A DNA stretch of 64,000 bases from positions 1,862,001 through 1,926,000 of the forward strand of contig NC_087246.1 of the NCBI RefSeq assembly GCF_037042905.1, in the 5' to 3' direction. The stretch comes from Lytechinus pictus (taxonomy: Eukaryota). Below, piece after piece: positions 46,760 through 60,285 of the stretch (position 1 is its first letter; each line of letters starts with the position of its first letter). A program made the translations under genes and the position numbers. Under the pieces are notes generated by a model. That model saw nothing but the letters and a program-made list of their open reading frames with translations. It did not search any database and had not been told where the DNA came from.

Positions 46760-47429
46760 TAATTCATTTTTATTTACAAAATTTACTATAACCTTCGTAT
46801 CGAACTGCTTCTTAACAATGATGATATCTACTAAAGTTTAGACATCGAAACTTTAACTGCTGATATTCTACATGACTGAGAATACAATTTATAAAAATAA
46901 AATCTAATATTGGCGTAGTCTTTCGTAAATCAAGTTCGTGAAGGGTAGCTTGTAACGATCAGCTTTATAAATAGCGACTTTGCAATTGCTTGTAAATATA
47001 CTCTACAATTTGGGGTATGAAACTGAAATGGCCTTGCACAGATATTCCACGTTTCCCTCTCTGAATGTGTGTTTAACCATTTAGGTGAAATGGACAGGAA
47101 GATGTTAAGGTCAGTCGAACTGTCAAACAATCGAGTAGGATGTCACCTGTAATATATTTTTATATGATAACTATTCTAAATTGACATAAGTGAACACAAT
47201 GAAGGCCTATGACTAGTTTTACAGACACACCAACGAACCGACTCCAAACCGACCGATGTCATGACATACGTAAAACGATTTGGGCGGTCTGGAGTCGATG
47301 TTGAAGATATGACTGTGACACAAACATGTAAAAGACTATTATCGCGTAAATACAAAAGCAAAACAACAAACCCAAACAAAACAAAAATGACAAGGCACAC
47401 AACTTATTATCATAATCGAAATGCACAAT

Positions 47430-48605
47430 CAGTGGCGTAACTACGGGGGGGGGGGGGCATGGAGGCACGTGCCCCCCCCAATCGGCTGACCAAAAAAAAA
47501 AAACGGGGAAAAGGAGAACAAGAGGGAGAAAGGAAAAGAAACGTAGTGGGAAAGAAGACATTATTGTTCATTATAATGTTATATTACATCATAATTATGT
47601 TATGTTATATTACATAAGAAACATTTTTTTTCATAACTTTATGAAACATAATTTGCTCAGGGCCTATGTCTTCATTGTTCCTGGTGCTCGCATTGTCTGT
47701 TTACCGAGATATATAATCCTGTTATACTAAAACCTCCCGTTTTCAAGTCAATATACACCAAACTGCCAAATATATTTCCTCGCACTTCGAGTTATTGTTT
47801 TATGTACAATAGTATGCTTCTTTTTCATGACTACTGAAAGTGATTGCCCCATTTTAAGGTCTTGATATAAAACATTTCCTGTCCGTGCTTACGTTCGCAG
47901 TAGTGGATTGGTGAAATATGTCTGCTCTCCATGAATTCCTAGAATCAGTCCTTAAATATCCGTCTTTCTAGTCTGAATATCAAAAATTTTCAGCTCGCGC
48001 TTCGCGCTCGCATCATTTGGTTAGTGAACTACGTATGGTCTTCGCGAATTTTTTACAAACAAGCCTTAAAATGCCCCTCTTCAGATCTGAATTTCCTAAA
48101 TTTTCAGCTCGCGCTTCGCGCTCGCAAGATTTGATTAGTGAGATGGGTATGTTAATCATGATTACAAGTGCTTTATGTGCATGTTTAGATGTAATTCTAA
48201 CAAAATCAGCAAGCACTTATTGGCACTCGCATTAGATGACTATGGTGAGATGTGTATACTCTTAATGGATTCCTAAAATATAGTCCTTAAAATCTTCCTG
48301 TTTGGGGGGTCAATATTTACAAAAATTTCAGCTCGCGCTTTGCGCTCGCATTATTTAGCGAGACAGGTACATATCATGATTATAAAAGATTTATTATAAT
48401 GTCCCTTTTTAGGTCTAAATATCAAAAATTTTAAGCTCGCGCTTCGCGCTCGCATTATTTGACCAGTGAGAGACATATCCGTTTAATGGCACTGTCCTTA
48501 AAATGTCTCTATTAGGTATATCTGGCAACTGGGCGCGCTTCGTCACTTAGTGACTCAAAATTTTTGCTGGTGCCCCCCAATGCCGTGACCCACGGTACGC
48601 CACTG
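47430..48605 (+). mobile_element. Complete hAT-like non-autonomous element with perfect 8-bp TSD
   Basis: tgcacaat|CAGTGGCGTA...TACGCCACTG|tgcacaat; internal ~110-120-bp subrepeats. Confidence 0.93.
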
Positions 48606-51600
48606 TGCACAATGTATATCATGTATACAGTTGTTCGATTGAACGATGACTAAAATCAGTTTTGAGTTTAAACCGGGCCAAAGTCGATATCGAGATAAAA
48701 TAACGTTGGCATTAATGATATTTTATTTACAGTAAGAAATTGATGAAAGTTGTAATAACTATTCTACCAGATGGTCCTAATACGTCATTTTTACTCTTTA
48801 TTTCCTTTTACAATCTGATAATGTTGATTTGCCAATCAGGAAAGCAGAATAAACCAATTTCAAAATGTCTTTGGTATGATTCGGTAGAGGATGAAACCCC
48901 ACAACCTAGCAGTCTGCTGCCGAGCCATCATTACAGGTTGAACTGTTAAACTATGTGTTTTTATTTTACCGTCAAGACTTTATCTGTTCTCATACATCTT
49001 CAGTAATTGTAGTTTTAGTTCATCTTTGAAATAACGATATTTAGACGACTGACATCGTAAACGTCACGAAGAAAGGATCAAGGGCGGGCCGGAACACGCG
49101 ACTCCTGGATCCGCCTCTGGATTTCCAAAATATGTCCTTATGCGCTTATATTGTTTCCCTTTTTAAAGAGATATAATTATGACAAACTGATTTTTTTGTT
49201 CCAATTAGCATATCTATTAATGAAATCTTATCACACGGGTCGTTTTAAATGAAAATATTTTACTTTTTGGTAAGTATAATTGATTTTCAATGGCCGGAAG
49301 TTATTTTTTGGTGAGTTGCTACGACCACTTCCGGGTTACGATCCTATTGTGATGTGCTGTACAGCCTGACTTATTTCCATATTGGATACTACCAAAACTA
49401 CCTTTTTGTCATAGGGTTATCTTACCATCTTCATGTTATCAAAGGAATAATTATCAATTTTTTATTTCGAATATCTATGGCTGTTTCAAAGATAAACAAA
49501 CTGGTTACAAAAACAAACACACACACACCCACACACACACACCCTCGCGTACACCCACGCAACCTCACCCTCACACACATATACATAGACATATATATTT
49601 CTATTTGACTGTAAACTATGTAAGAATTAATGAGTTAGGAAGGTAAGATAATAAATTTCTTGATGATATAGTATATAATTAAATTTGAAGTAACTTTCCC
49701 GCTCAATCACAAAATCAAGTTATAATTTGAACATGTTGAAAGCTGAAATGGTGTAGCAATAAAAGGAATTCATCACTGGAGGATTTAGAACTGTTTTTGC
49801 TTGTCTATTTTATTAATCTAGAATAGTCTCACCTTCTCCTGGAAAATGATTGATCCGCCCCTTGGCATCACTGATCACAAATACAATTAAGTTAGTAAGT
49901 AGTTGTTAAATTTCTAAATAACAGAGTGTAGAATCATCTTGTTATAATATATTTTCGATATTCCAGGAATTTTCAGCTTTCACCTCCCCACAAATATTGT
50001 TTTGAAAATTAAAGGAAAACTAAAAGTCAACTTTGAAGCCTAGTTTGAAGTATTTTTTTATGAAAACAGCCCAACGTTCAGAATTGTGATTTGACATGTA
50101 CTATGTCATAAAAGAAAAAAAAACAAATATGCATTTTTTTTCACCATGCAAAGACGTATAAGGAAATAAAAAGGGACTTGATACAAGTGAAGAAGGATCA
50201 CTAAAAAAAATAAGGGAAAGGTAGGTTTGTCCTACCAGACAGGGGATATTTAGTTTGGATAATAGCCAGATAGGAAGCAGATATTATTCTTCCGTGTACT
50301 GTTGACATGGAACGTCACAAAATATGTAAATTTTATACCCACCTAGATTTCAAGGATATGTAGCAGGATTTTTTTTCATTTAATTTCTGACACAACCCAC
50401 TCAGGTGTTACCGAAAACATTACTGTAGGTTCACAATATGACGGTCTTAGAGATAAATTGAAATAATGATAAATGTAGAGTGATAATACCATATAAAACA
50501 CACACACACACATGCACCCCCACACACAGAGACATATCGACAAAGAGACATGAATTTTTGAAGAAACATTTAAAGTTCAGGTTATAAGTGAAGATCTGGA
50601 ACTGGAATGAGAAGAACCGAAGAATAAAATATTGAAGAGACACAGAGTCTCATTACGATCCTAAAAAAATGTTTACTGGAATCCGATTCAGGAAACTAGT
50701 TCGAAAGATCGCTTTGCTTGCGTTCCCATGTAATCACCTAAAAGCGTGGCCGCGTACGCATATTTTTTTTACTGGGTGGAGGGCAACAGGCGTAAATTTT
50801 TCTATAAAAACACGAAAGCGAGAAAGCTTAGCGACCGAGCTTGTCATAGGGGCGTTTTTGCATTTTGTCAAGTGAAATCTACGGATTTCGTGCATACTTT
50901 TGGTGAATTTTGTCAAAATTTCCAGTAAAAAATGTAAGTTTCCAAAAGTTCGGGCCATGCCTGAAAGTGGTTTTGCACAACCATTTACGAAATTTGCTTG
51001 GCTAGAAAGCACTGGTATCTGACTGTAACTATGGTTACTGTCGGATAAACAATGTTTCTCATAAATTCGATATGCCGTTTCATGACAGGCTCCATCGGTT
51101 AGGATGGGTGTGATCTGTCTAACGCCCTTCAGCCAAACTCTTGTTTCTCTCTATAGGAAGGCAATGAAGGAAAGTAAACAACCTACCCATTGGGTGTGGA
51201 TGATCCAGCTCATATAGACTTGAAAATATCGACAAGTAATGTGGTATAATGAGAAAATCTAAGATCCATATAATGGTATAAGTCGATGTTGTCACTTTTC
51301 ATTCGTAGTTGTAATCATGATCATTCCCAAAACCAGAATTGGAATCCTATTGAGCGGAGTTTCGAGTACATTTTTATTAACAATTGTTACCCATTTGGCC
51401 CCCATAAAACTCAACAAAACTAACGAGCCTAAACTCACTTTAACAATAACACTCTTTCCCTGTGTATTTCAAGTAGAAATTTAATTTATGATAAAACACC
51501 CTTTTCGAATATAAAGTACAAGTTCATGGAAACATTCTTTAAAGAAATTGCATTTTAGTAAAAATCATATCGATATCCTTGAAACGCAATTTTACACAAA

Positions 51601-52331
51601 TCGAAGAACTACAAGGGTTGCATTAAAATCCATTGCAAAAACATTTTTTTATAATTAATTTTAGACTAGTTTAATGAATCTTAGTCATCTTAGTCAATTT
51701 TGACAGCAATTTATGATAAGTAATCTAGATTAGATGTGATATGCGTTTTATTACATATCGTCACTACATTTGCACAAGTAAAAAAATAGACAATTGGAAA
51801 AAGGCGTACATGAATTTGGAGGGTGGGTGGCTTAGCAGAAAAGGGTGGTCGGGCACTCGCTTAGGGCTGAGGATGGGGTTGAAATCCATACATAATGTGG
51901 TTTGTCGTCAAACAATTTACCTCTTTTAGGAAATTTTCGATCGAAATTTTGATCATTACTTATGATATTTTTTTTTATATAATTATATTTATTCTTGACC
52001 ATAACCCTGACACACTGAGAGAGACGATATCATATCGACAGAAACCAGTCAGAAAGGTTGACCTATGAGCCACCACTTTCATCTCATTGTAGTGACAGGG
52101 GTATAACACGGTGGGTCATCTTCCTCTTCATAGTGGGGCGGAACCTTTCAAATTTCCTTGTTCCCCATAGGTTGAATCAACCAATTACCCAGTCCCAGAC
52201 AGACTACCTTTGACATTTACTCAGGAATTTTTTTAAATAGATGAACAGTAGGCTACTACTAGTAAAACCTACTGACCTTACAGTAGCATATCGCTTTTGA
52301 GATGTTTTGAGATGATTTCAATTTTGATGAC

Positions 52332-52424
52332 TAGTAGTAGTAGTAGTAGTAATAGTAGTAGTAGAAGTGATAGTAGCTGTAGTAGTAGTAATAGTAGTAG
52401 TAGTAGTTGAAGTAGTAGTAGTGA

Positions 52425-52457
<33 letters not shown>

Positions 52458-52461
52458 CAGC

Positions 52462-52507
<46 letters not shown>

Positions 52508-52520
52508 ATAGTAGTAGTAA
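52332..52520. repeat. (TAG)n microsatellite
   Basis: Seen directly. Confidence 0.95.
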
Positions 52521-55500
52521 TACTATTCTTTGATCAAAGTGGGACAAGTAGAAAGTTGATCTTATTCTATGCCGTGATCGGCTAATAATAATTATTTCAA
52601 GATCAGATAAAGATCCTTTTCCCTTAGAATTACCACTTCGTTTATTGTTTATAATTCTTGTCGAAGTAGCCGTCCTGTAATGTGCCTTCTGGATTGTATC
52701 TATCTAATGCACACGTAATCGTTTTGATCCTCAAAACGGAAACATGAATGACCTACTCGATGCGTCATCTCTTTCCAAATCAACAGCGGAGAGTGTCAAT
52801 ATTTTCGGGGGGGGGGGGAGTCCAATGCCTTTCGATTTTGGGAGAGCTATCATATTATTTGATGGTATGTGGTTTAGGAAGGAATGGTTATCACTATTGT
52901 CTTTGAAAAAAAAATTAAGACTTGTTACAAAGGATAGGTTTAAAACAACACTAACTCTTGTTAGTCATGTTTTTTTGTACGATGAAATTCAATATATATG
53001 CATGTATAAAGATGTTTTATTAATTGCCACATAACATGCATTATTATTATTTTGAAGCACATACTATTACAGATTTCATGTATCATGACAATACTGATCC
53101 TATCCCTTAATTTGAAAATTTCTTTATCTTCCAATGTCGGTTGTACATGCATCACGAGGACGTTGCCAATTTGCAGCTCGTCACTGAATGTAATTGCCAT
53201 GAATAATATTAGGTGGAGGTTATGCAGCATTAGTGCATTTTCATACCAATCATGACAATCCTAATAATCATGATCACACGCATTACATCTTTTAGAAAGA
53301 AAACATCCCCAATCTTTTGAAAAAGAAGAGGTAAAACAGGGGGGGGGGGGGTGAGGGGGTTAAGGGAAAAGGACAAGAAAGAAATAAACCGAAGAAAAAC
53401 AACATATTACAGAATGTCAGGTTTTGGCATCCAGTGCTGTAAGATTTTCATGACACTATATCATTGTATATGGCAGTCTATCAGTTTACTTTATGATTTT
53501 GTCTTTTTGGATTAGCAAAGTCCTACACTCAAAAAGTTCGTATATAATTATATCAGTGTCTGCATATGATGTCATGTCATCGCAAGCTTCTCTTTGTATT
53601 CTCCGGATGAAATGATTAGTTGAGTCTAACGAGAAGAACTCTGCTGATGACAGCTGACAATATACGTACTACGAATGGGGCAAATGTGGGGGATCAGACG
53701 GTTCGATGTTCAGAGTTTGAAAAAAAAAACCAAAGGAATACTCTATAGACTGATTGTGATAAATCGAGTAGATTGAAAGGAATAAAAGATTATAACAGAA
53801 TAATGGAAAATTGCATCATGATTGAATGTGTATAATGAATTGCAAAGTACTGTAGTATTGTAAAAAAACTATTAACCATGTTAACGTTGTCATGAATGAG
53901 CGATTAGTAGGTTGATGATCTAACGTTCAATCTAAATTTATTATAATCATTATAAGAAAATATTTATGTTCACTTGTAAGAAAAATGTTTATATGAAAGA
54001 TGATTGTACATATTAAATCAGAAGTCGATCCTCTGTTCACGTTCATGGAGAGGAAAGTGTCTGTACATTTAACTGCAATTTCATGTTTAAAAAAAAAAGG
54101 TGGGGGGATTTCATTATACAGTGTACGTCGCTAATTACCGAAATAATGAAAAAAACTGTTATAGTTTCTTTTGTTTTCAACCAATTTTGACGACAATGTC
54201 CAGTGGTGTGCTTGTTAGATTTTACTCTGCATATTCAAAACATTTCATTTTCAGCCTAGAGTACCATACAGCAAACTAATAGACGACCATAATCATAACA
54301 ACAAATTGAATACGGATGAGGTGCAACTAATATACCCGATTTTAATACTGTTTTTAGACACTATAATTGACCTGAAATTGCTCTCATACTGTGCACCAAC
54401 AACATATGAATGATTATATCAGAGAAAAAATATTCAAAGTTGGTGCTTTTTGAAGTATAATGTTTCCCACATTTCACGTTACGAGGAGGTTTAGTTGCTA
54501 TCATGCGGTAACATTTTAGGGGAAAATCCAATCTGTATAATCTCTCTCCGTCAAAAACATCATCCGGATCGTGATAGCGCAATGTCAGAGGGTAATACTT
54601 CCTTATGAATATAGATTCAATGTCAATTATTAGAAAGTAAAATTTGGACGACCCAAACCTTTGACAGTTTTTTAATAAACCATTTATGAAAACTAATTAA
54701 TACAAGGAAATGATGTTCTTCATGGTCTAGTTCTAGGAAAGTAGATTATGAGCTTTCTCGCTTTTGAATGTAATCTATTAAAGAATATTGCATTTTTAAA
54801 TCTTTAATAATCTTTATTGAATTGATCATTCAGTTAAAAAAACATACATAAAAAATAATCTGAAACATATACATAACACATAGTTTGATAGTATAATACA
54901 AAAAAATTAACATAACACAATTGCAACTATTAGCAAAAGCAAAGCAATTTACGAAAATTACAGAATATAGCATTCCAATAATCTAGAAATAGGTAAAAAC
55001 CTAGTAAAAAAACTGCAGAATATAACATAAAATTAATTACAGCAAAGCAATCGAATCAAATGAAACTGAATATGAGTATTCACACATGAATTATTTTTGA
55101 AAATAACATTGTAAAGCACACATTAAATAAACTAATATAGAATTTTTTCTCAATTGTTTTGACATGATGAAAAGTAATGCACTTCATTTTCCATCTCTCT
55201 ACACGAGCAAACTTTTAATAATACTAAATTAACAAGAAGGTTATTCACACTAGATTGACAAGTATATGACTTTATGAAAAAGATATCCAGTTTCATCTTT
55301 CAGTAAATCTTTGAACGAAATTTATATCAATGAAGTAATAAAGATATGAAAAAAAAAAATGAATATAGGAATACATTTCTGAAAAAATAAAGAAATAAAT
55401 CATCGAATGAACAACCTAATCAGATTAAATCAACATAACTTTTGTGCATTAGAACGATAATACGAGTCAAATGAATGACATGGGATCTAGCCGACGTAAG

Positions 55501-55763
55501 ATGACCCCGAATAAACAAACACCTATAGACTTACTCTATAGTCAAACCTGACTCAAAGCATAGTAACAGTGACTAGTTTCTAGTCAAATGATTTCGCTAG
55601 ATCACCTAATCTGATTGGCACAATATTTAACTATGAGCATGATAAAATAAGCTATCATCCAGTACTCATGATGTCATTACTCGCATGTTCAACACCCAAT
55701 CAAAATCAAGGATATCACAGACATTAACATCGGAAGAAAAAATAACCACCATAATGATGCTGA

Positions 55764-55792
55764 TACTACTACTACAACAACAACAACTACGA

Positions 55793-55844
<52 letters not shown>
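55764..55844. repeat. (TAC)n/(AAC)n microsatellite
   Basis: Seen directly. Confidence 0.95.
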
Positions 55845-55846
<2 letters not shown>

Positions 55847-56012
55847 GTATAAATATAGCAACAATTAAAAAAATATATGCCCCTAATACAAGTAGAGTTC
55901 CGCATGACTTTATGTTTAATTTTGATTTGTGCAGCTATGATTGAACGGATAAAGGTGATTGCAATGAGAAACATTTCTTTACCAATTAAGCTAATGATAG
56001 AGAAATACTCAC

Positions 56013-56658
56013 CATCCTCATCATCTCCCTCTTGGTTTGTTTCTGTCTTTCCACTATAATCAAAGCTATCACCATAACCATCATCTTCCTCAATCCGTGG
56101 ATACCTCATTAATTTCCTTGATGATGGGGATGGTAACATTGGTGAATATTCTTCGATATCCTCTTCATCATCAGTGAAATCATCCTCGTAGTCGTCGTCA
56201 TCATCTAGCTCTTCTGTATCCTCCAAAACAGCGGTTAAGTCTCCAAAAGCATCGCTGCTGAAACTCTCAAATCCCACTCCGTAAGTCTCATAACCCTGAG
56301 AATCGCTTCTGTTTAAACAATCGTGCCTCTGATTATCACAAACATCAATGTTGTACTCTTCATTAACAGCACCGTAACTGGATTTCGCCGACGCCGTCGT
56401 CTTCGACGTCACATCTTCATGGACGTGACCACCGTCCATATTGCTATCAAGATCGACTTCTGAAGCATTGGCCATCACAGATGTGGCACTGTCTATGGAA
56501 ACATCACTAGCCACGCTACGAGTCACAGCCGATGACAAATAAGTTGGATCCAAGTTTGGCACGCACCCTGAACAATCTTTCAAACACCCCTCCATGCCCC
56601 CTCTCGATACAGGAAGCCTCAACCCCGCTCTGCGCTTGGGAGGGGGTGTCTGCACGCG
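56013..56658 (-). CDS. Acidic D/E/S-rich exon, candidate first coding exon of the DC-STAMP-family gene (possible ATG at 56595)
   Basis: ~215-codon open frame ending at a strong donor GATG|GTGAGT in phase 1, compatible with the phase-1 acceptor at 37688 (..EGDDED G RIIRSSS..). The link across the 18-kb intron is inferred. Confidence 0.6.
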
Positions 56659-58073
56659 CTATTTGAACATCGTAATTCAGCTTTGAAGGTTGATTAATAT
56701 TAGGCAAACAGAAACAATAATGTCAATCAACCGAATGGATAAAAACTATCAAGATCAGGCATTGTTACTCATCAGACGCATGTTGTCTCTGCAGTCGCTA
56801 CAGCTTATATAGTTTCAATTACCTTTAAATATCTACATTTAAAGAGTAACATTTGATATGTTATTTACAAAATAATAAAGAAAATGTCTCTAGATACTGA
56901 ATCGATTATAATCATTTGAATACCTATATTGATTACCAATGCCTGGCGATTATGCATTCCATGGAAAGAATATATCATGTTATTATGCTTGTAATGATTG
57001 ACTCAAGTTGTGAAGCTATGTCATTGTTGAGGTGTAAACATTACCAAAATATCAATCTGATCGAGGATGGATTTGAGACCTTTATGTTGCCTTGACTGAG
57101 GAAATAAATCCCAGTCTCTATTCCTGTGTATAAAATATAATTAGGAATATAATATGTTCTGATAATTATCTTGGTAAGCTTCCTGAAGATTAGCCTTATC
57201 ATGTCAGAAGATCCTTGATAGTGTATACGAAAGGTTTTGAATGAATCCCTATAGACGTAGATGAGGACATAGGTTCATCTTGATATCAACTACTATGACG
57301 AGCAAAAATCCTATTGGTTAGCATCCCATCTTCGACTATATCATCTTCTTTCTCCATTCGAATAATGTCCGAAAGTTCGTCATCGATATATCGATTGCAG
57401 TTCAGGAATTTGTTTAAATTATTTTTGGAAGAGAGTCGCTATGGTAACAATCGTTTCCTAGACTTCCTTCATTTCCAGTTATACCAAGGAATCGTAAGAA
57501 TTTGAAATCAACAACTTAGGCTTTGATAGTGATACCTGAAAAGTTTAGGAGCAGTGGCGACTGTTTCTGAAAATAGAATATTATCCACGATTCGTTCCGT
57601 TATACAAAGTCCTTCATGAGATGAAAAGTGTGTTTAAAAGGTAAATGCATGTCAAGACAACGACCACTGTTAGCTTCAATTATGATATTTTCAATTTACA
57701 CGTCTGCTTCGAATAAGACAGGAGTGACGACTACTTGCTTCCTTGCTTCTCCATGAAATGTAAAAAAAAAAACTCTTAGGACCCAGGAGTGCTTTCATTC
57801 ATACATCACAAACCTAATTATGACATGCATCTGTGTTTTGAAAACCTTTGTAAAATGCTTTGCTATTGAAACTCAACACAGAAGATGGTGGATAAAATTA
57901 ACAAATTAGCAATTGTTTCGCAAGACAGAGTAATTGTCTTAAATGCATTAAATAATTACTTCCATCGTGACAGTCTACAAACAAACTTTGACATAGATTT
58001 AATAAGAAAAGCGGAAGGCAGTAGCCATTATAGATTATGAGACCTTATCCGTAATCCTTCAATCGTGTCTCCC

Positions 58074-58137
58074 GATTGGTCAAATCTTTAATGAGTTTCT
58101 GCCGATGAGTATGTGTGAAGGAACGTGATTGGTTGGA
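58074..58137 (-). promoter_or_regulatory. Paired CCAAT boxes, candidate promoter upstream of the minus-strand gene
   Basis: gattggt at ~58074 and ~58127 in a locally CpG-richer segment ~1.4 kb upstream of exon 56013-56658. Confidence 0.25.
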
Positions 58138-58479
58138 CGTTAACGAGAATGCAACGCGAAGGTGAAGTATCGGGCATCATGCGAATCGGAAGGAGAAATT
58201 CCAGAGTTCGCTGCGACCACGCTGTTGTGGTTTACATGCATAATTAGAAACAGTGTGTGATTAGGTACAAAGAAGCAGCGCTTTATTGACGTTTGTTAAG
58301 GTCTTAAAGTGTTAACTACTGCTATAGCGTAACTCGCTCCCTAGCCTATTGAAAATGTGTCCAGTGTGTGTGCGCAGTGCCTCTGTGTTTGCTTCTGTGT
58401 TGTTTGGGATCGGATGCACGCATAGGATCCTCTACATGCACAAGCACACGATTGCCTCTAATATGCTGCACTTTTTTTA

Positions 58480-59350
58480 CCAAGTTACTATATGTCCTAA
58501 ATTTCTTTTTATTTGTATTTTTAGAATGGACTTCAAACCAAAAAGGAGGAAAAACTTAACCAGAAGCATATAAAGTGGTTTGTGCGTGAATATTTTACAA
58601 ATTAGAATAACATGGATTGAAAAAGGAAAGGCTGAAGCAGTGCTTAACATATTTTCATTTGGAGGGGGAGGCAAAGACATAAGGGAACTTATTTTCATCA
58701 GGTTATTATATGTATTGAATTTCTTTTATTTGTATTTTTAGAATGGACTTCAAACCAAAAAGAAGGAAAAACTTAACCACAAGCATATAAAGTGGTTTGT
58801 GCGTGAATATTTTACAAATTAGAATAACATGGATTGAAAAAGGAAAGGCTGGGGCAATGCTTAACATATTTTCATTTGGAGGGGAGGCAAAGACATAAGG
58901 GAACTTATTTTCATCAGGTTATTATATGTATTGAATTTCTTTTATTTGTATTTTTAGAATTGACTAAAAACGAAAAAAAAAGGAGAAAAAAACTTAACCA
59001 GAAGCCTATAGAGTGTTTCGTGCGTGAACATTTTACAAATTAGAATAACATGGATTCAAAAAGTAAAAGCTGGGGCGGTGCTTAACATATTTTTATTTGG
59101 AGGGGGGTAGGCAAAGACAATAAAGGTACTTTAATACCAGGTTATCATATGTCTTAAATCTCTTTTTTATTTGTATTTTTAGAATGGACTACAAACCAAA
59201 AAGGAAGAAAAACTTAACCAGAATTAATAGAGTGTATTGTCCGTGAATATTTTAAAAATTAGAATAACATGGATTTAAAAAGTAAATCTGGGCCGGCACT
59301 TAACATATTTTCATTTGGAGAGGGGGGATGCAAAGATAATAAGGGTACAT
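58480..59350. repeat. Tandem repeat, ~217-bp unit, about 4 copies
   Basis: tttgtatttttagaat-gact..aaaaacttaacca..gtgaa-atttta-aaattagaataacatggatt..cttaacatattt..atttggagggg recurs at ~58512, 58729, 58945 and 59170. Confidence 0.93.
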
Positions 59351-59699
59351 ATGTTTCCATTTGCATCTGGTGCAAACGTATAATGTTCCTATATGACACT
59401 GCTATCTGCGTGGAGTAGTTGGTTGTTTTTGTAGTAATTTGTAAGTTTTTTAACTGATTGCCGAGATATATAGGCTCTTTTTTCCGCGAGAGAGTAGCGC
59501 TTTGGAAAAATTCCAATCTGAAGTTTCAAAACTCGCTTCATGGTGCTATTCACTGTTGAGATAAAAGGGCATTAATTCTAATTATTGAGGTCGAATCACG
59601 ACCTCAAACATTCGGACATTTCTTGTAATAAGACATGGAAATGAAACATTTCGAGTATTTTTTAAATATGAAAAAAAGATGTGTACCTAACTAAGGAAT

Positions 59700-60285
59700 T
59701 AATGCCAGCTGTAGGTTCGAGCTGATTTTGTTTATATATAGGACCTTCTGACCTGAAAAGGAACCTGATATGGTCAGCATTTAGTGACTTATGAATATGA
59801 TAGGCCTACATATCTCGCCAATGAAATAATGCGAGCTCGAGGCTCGAGTTTAATATTTGTGATATCCCAACCCTGAAAACTGAAAATTTTAACATTTTTT
59901 TAACCAAAAATATATATAATGAACATTTGTTTAAAAAAAATAATTGATGCCAGCGCGAAACGCGAGGAAAAATTTGTTATTATTTCAAACTTAGATACTG
60001 GACATTCTAAACATTTTGAAAACCATAAACATGATAAGGTATACCTTACTCACTAATAATTGATAGAGCGCGAAGCACGTGCCAAAAATGTATTGATTTT
60101 CTAACCAAAAATGTATAATTTACTTCTAAAAATGTATATTCGTTAGAAAAAGACGTATTTAATTTTGAAATGCATCCTATTTTGGAAAAGGATTAGTTTC
60201 CTGCGACTATTATTTTTTTTTTGGGGGGGGGGTGGGGGGCACTTGGGGGTCATGTGTCCCCTGCTTCAAGTACGCGCCTCCCCTG
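59700..60285. mobile_element. Decayed hAT-like MITE
   Basis: Degenerate gcgagcgcgaagcgcgagctgaaaatt-type subrepeats, ending in a G-run and tgtcccctg..tacgcgcct. Confidence 0.45.

Noticed and set aside
52278..52585. Poly-Leu and poly-Val ORFs
   Set aside because: Translations of the (TAG)n microsatellite
52600..54600. Additional minus-strand exons in the large intron (near 52.7, 53.6 and 54.5 kb; also 57.3-57.5 kb)
   Set aside because: Coding-like patches, but I could not assign consistent splice sites and frames; cannot be excluded without RNA data
58480..59350. CRISPR-like array
   Set aside because: Whole units repeat with no unique spacers, no cas genes, eukaryotic context
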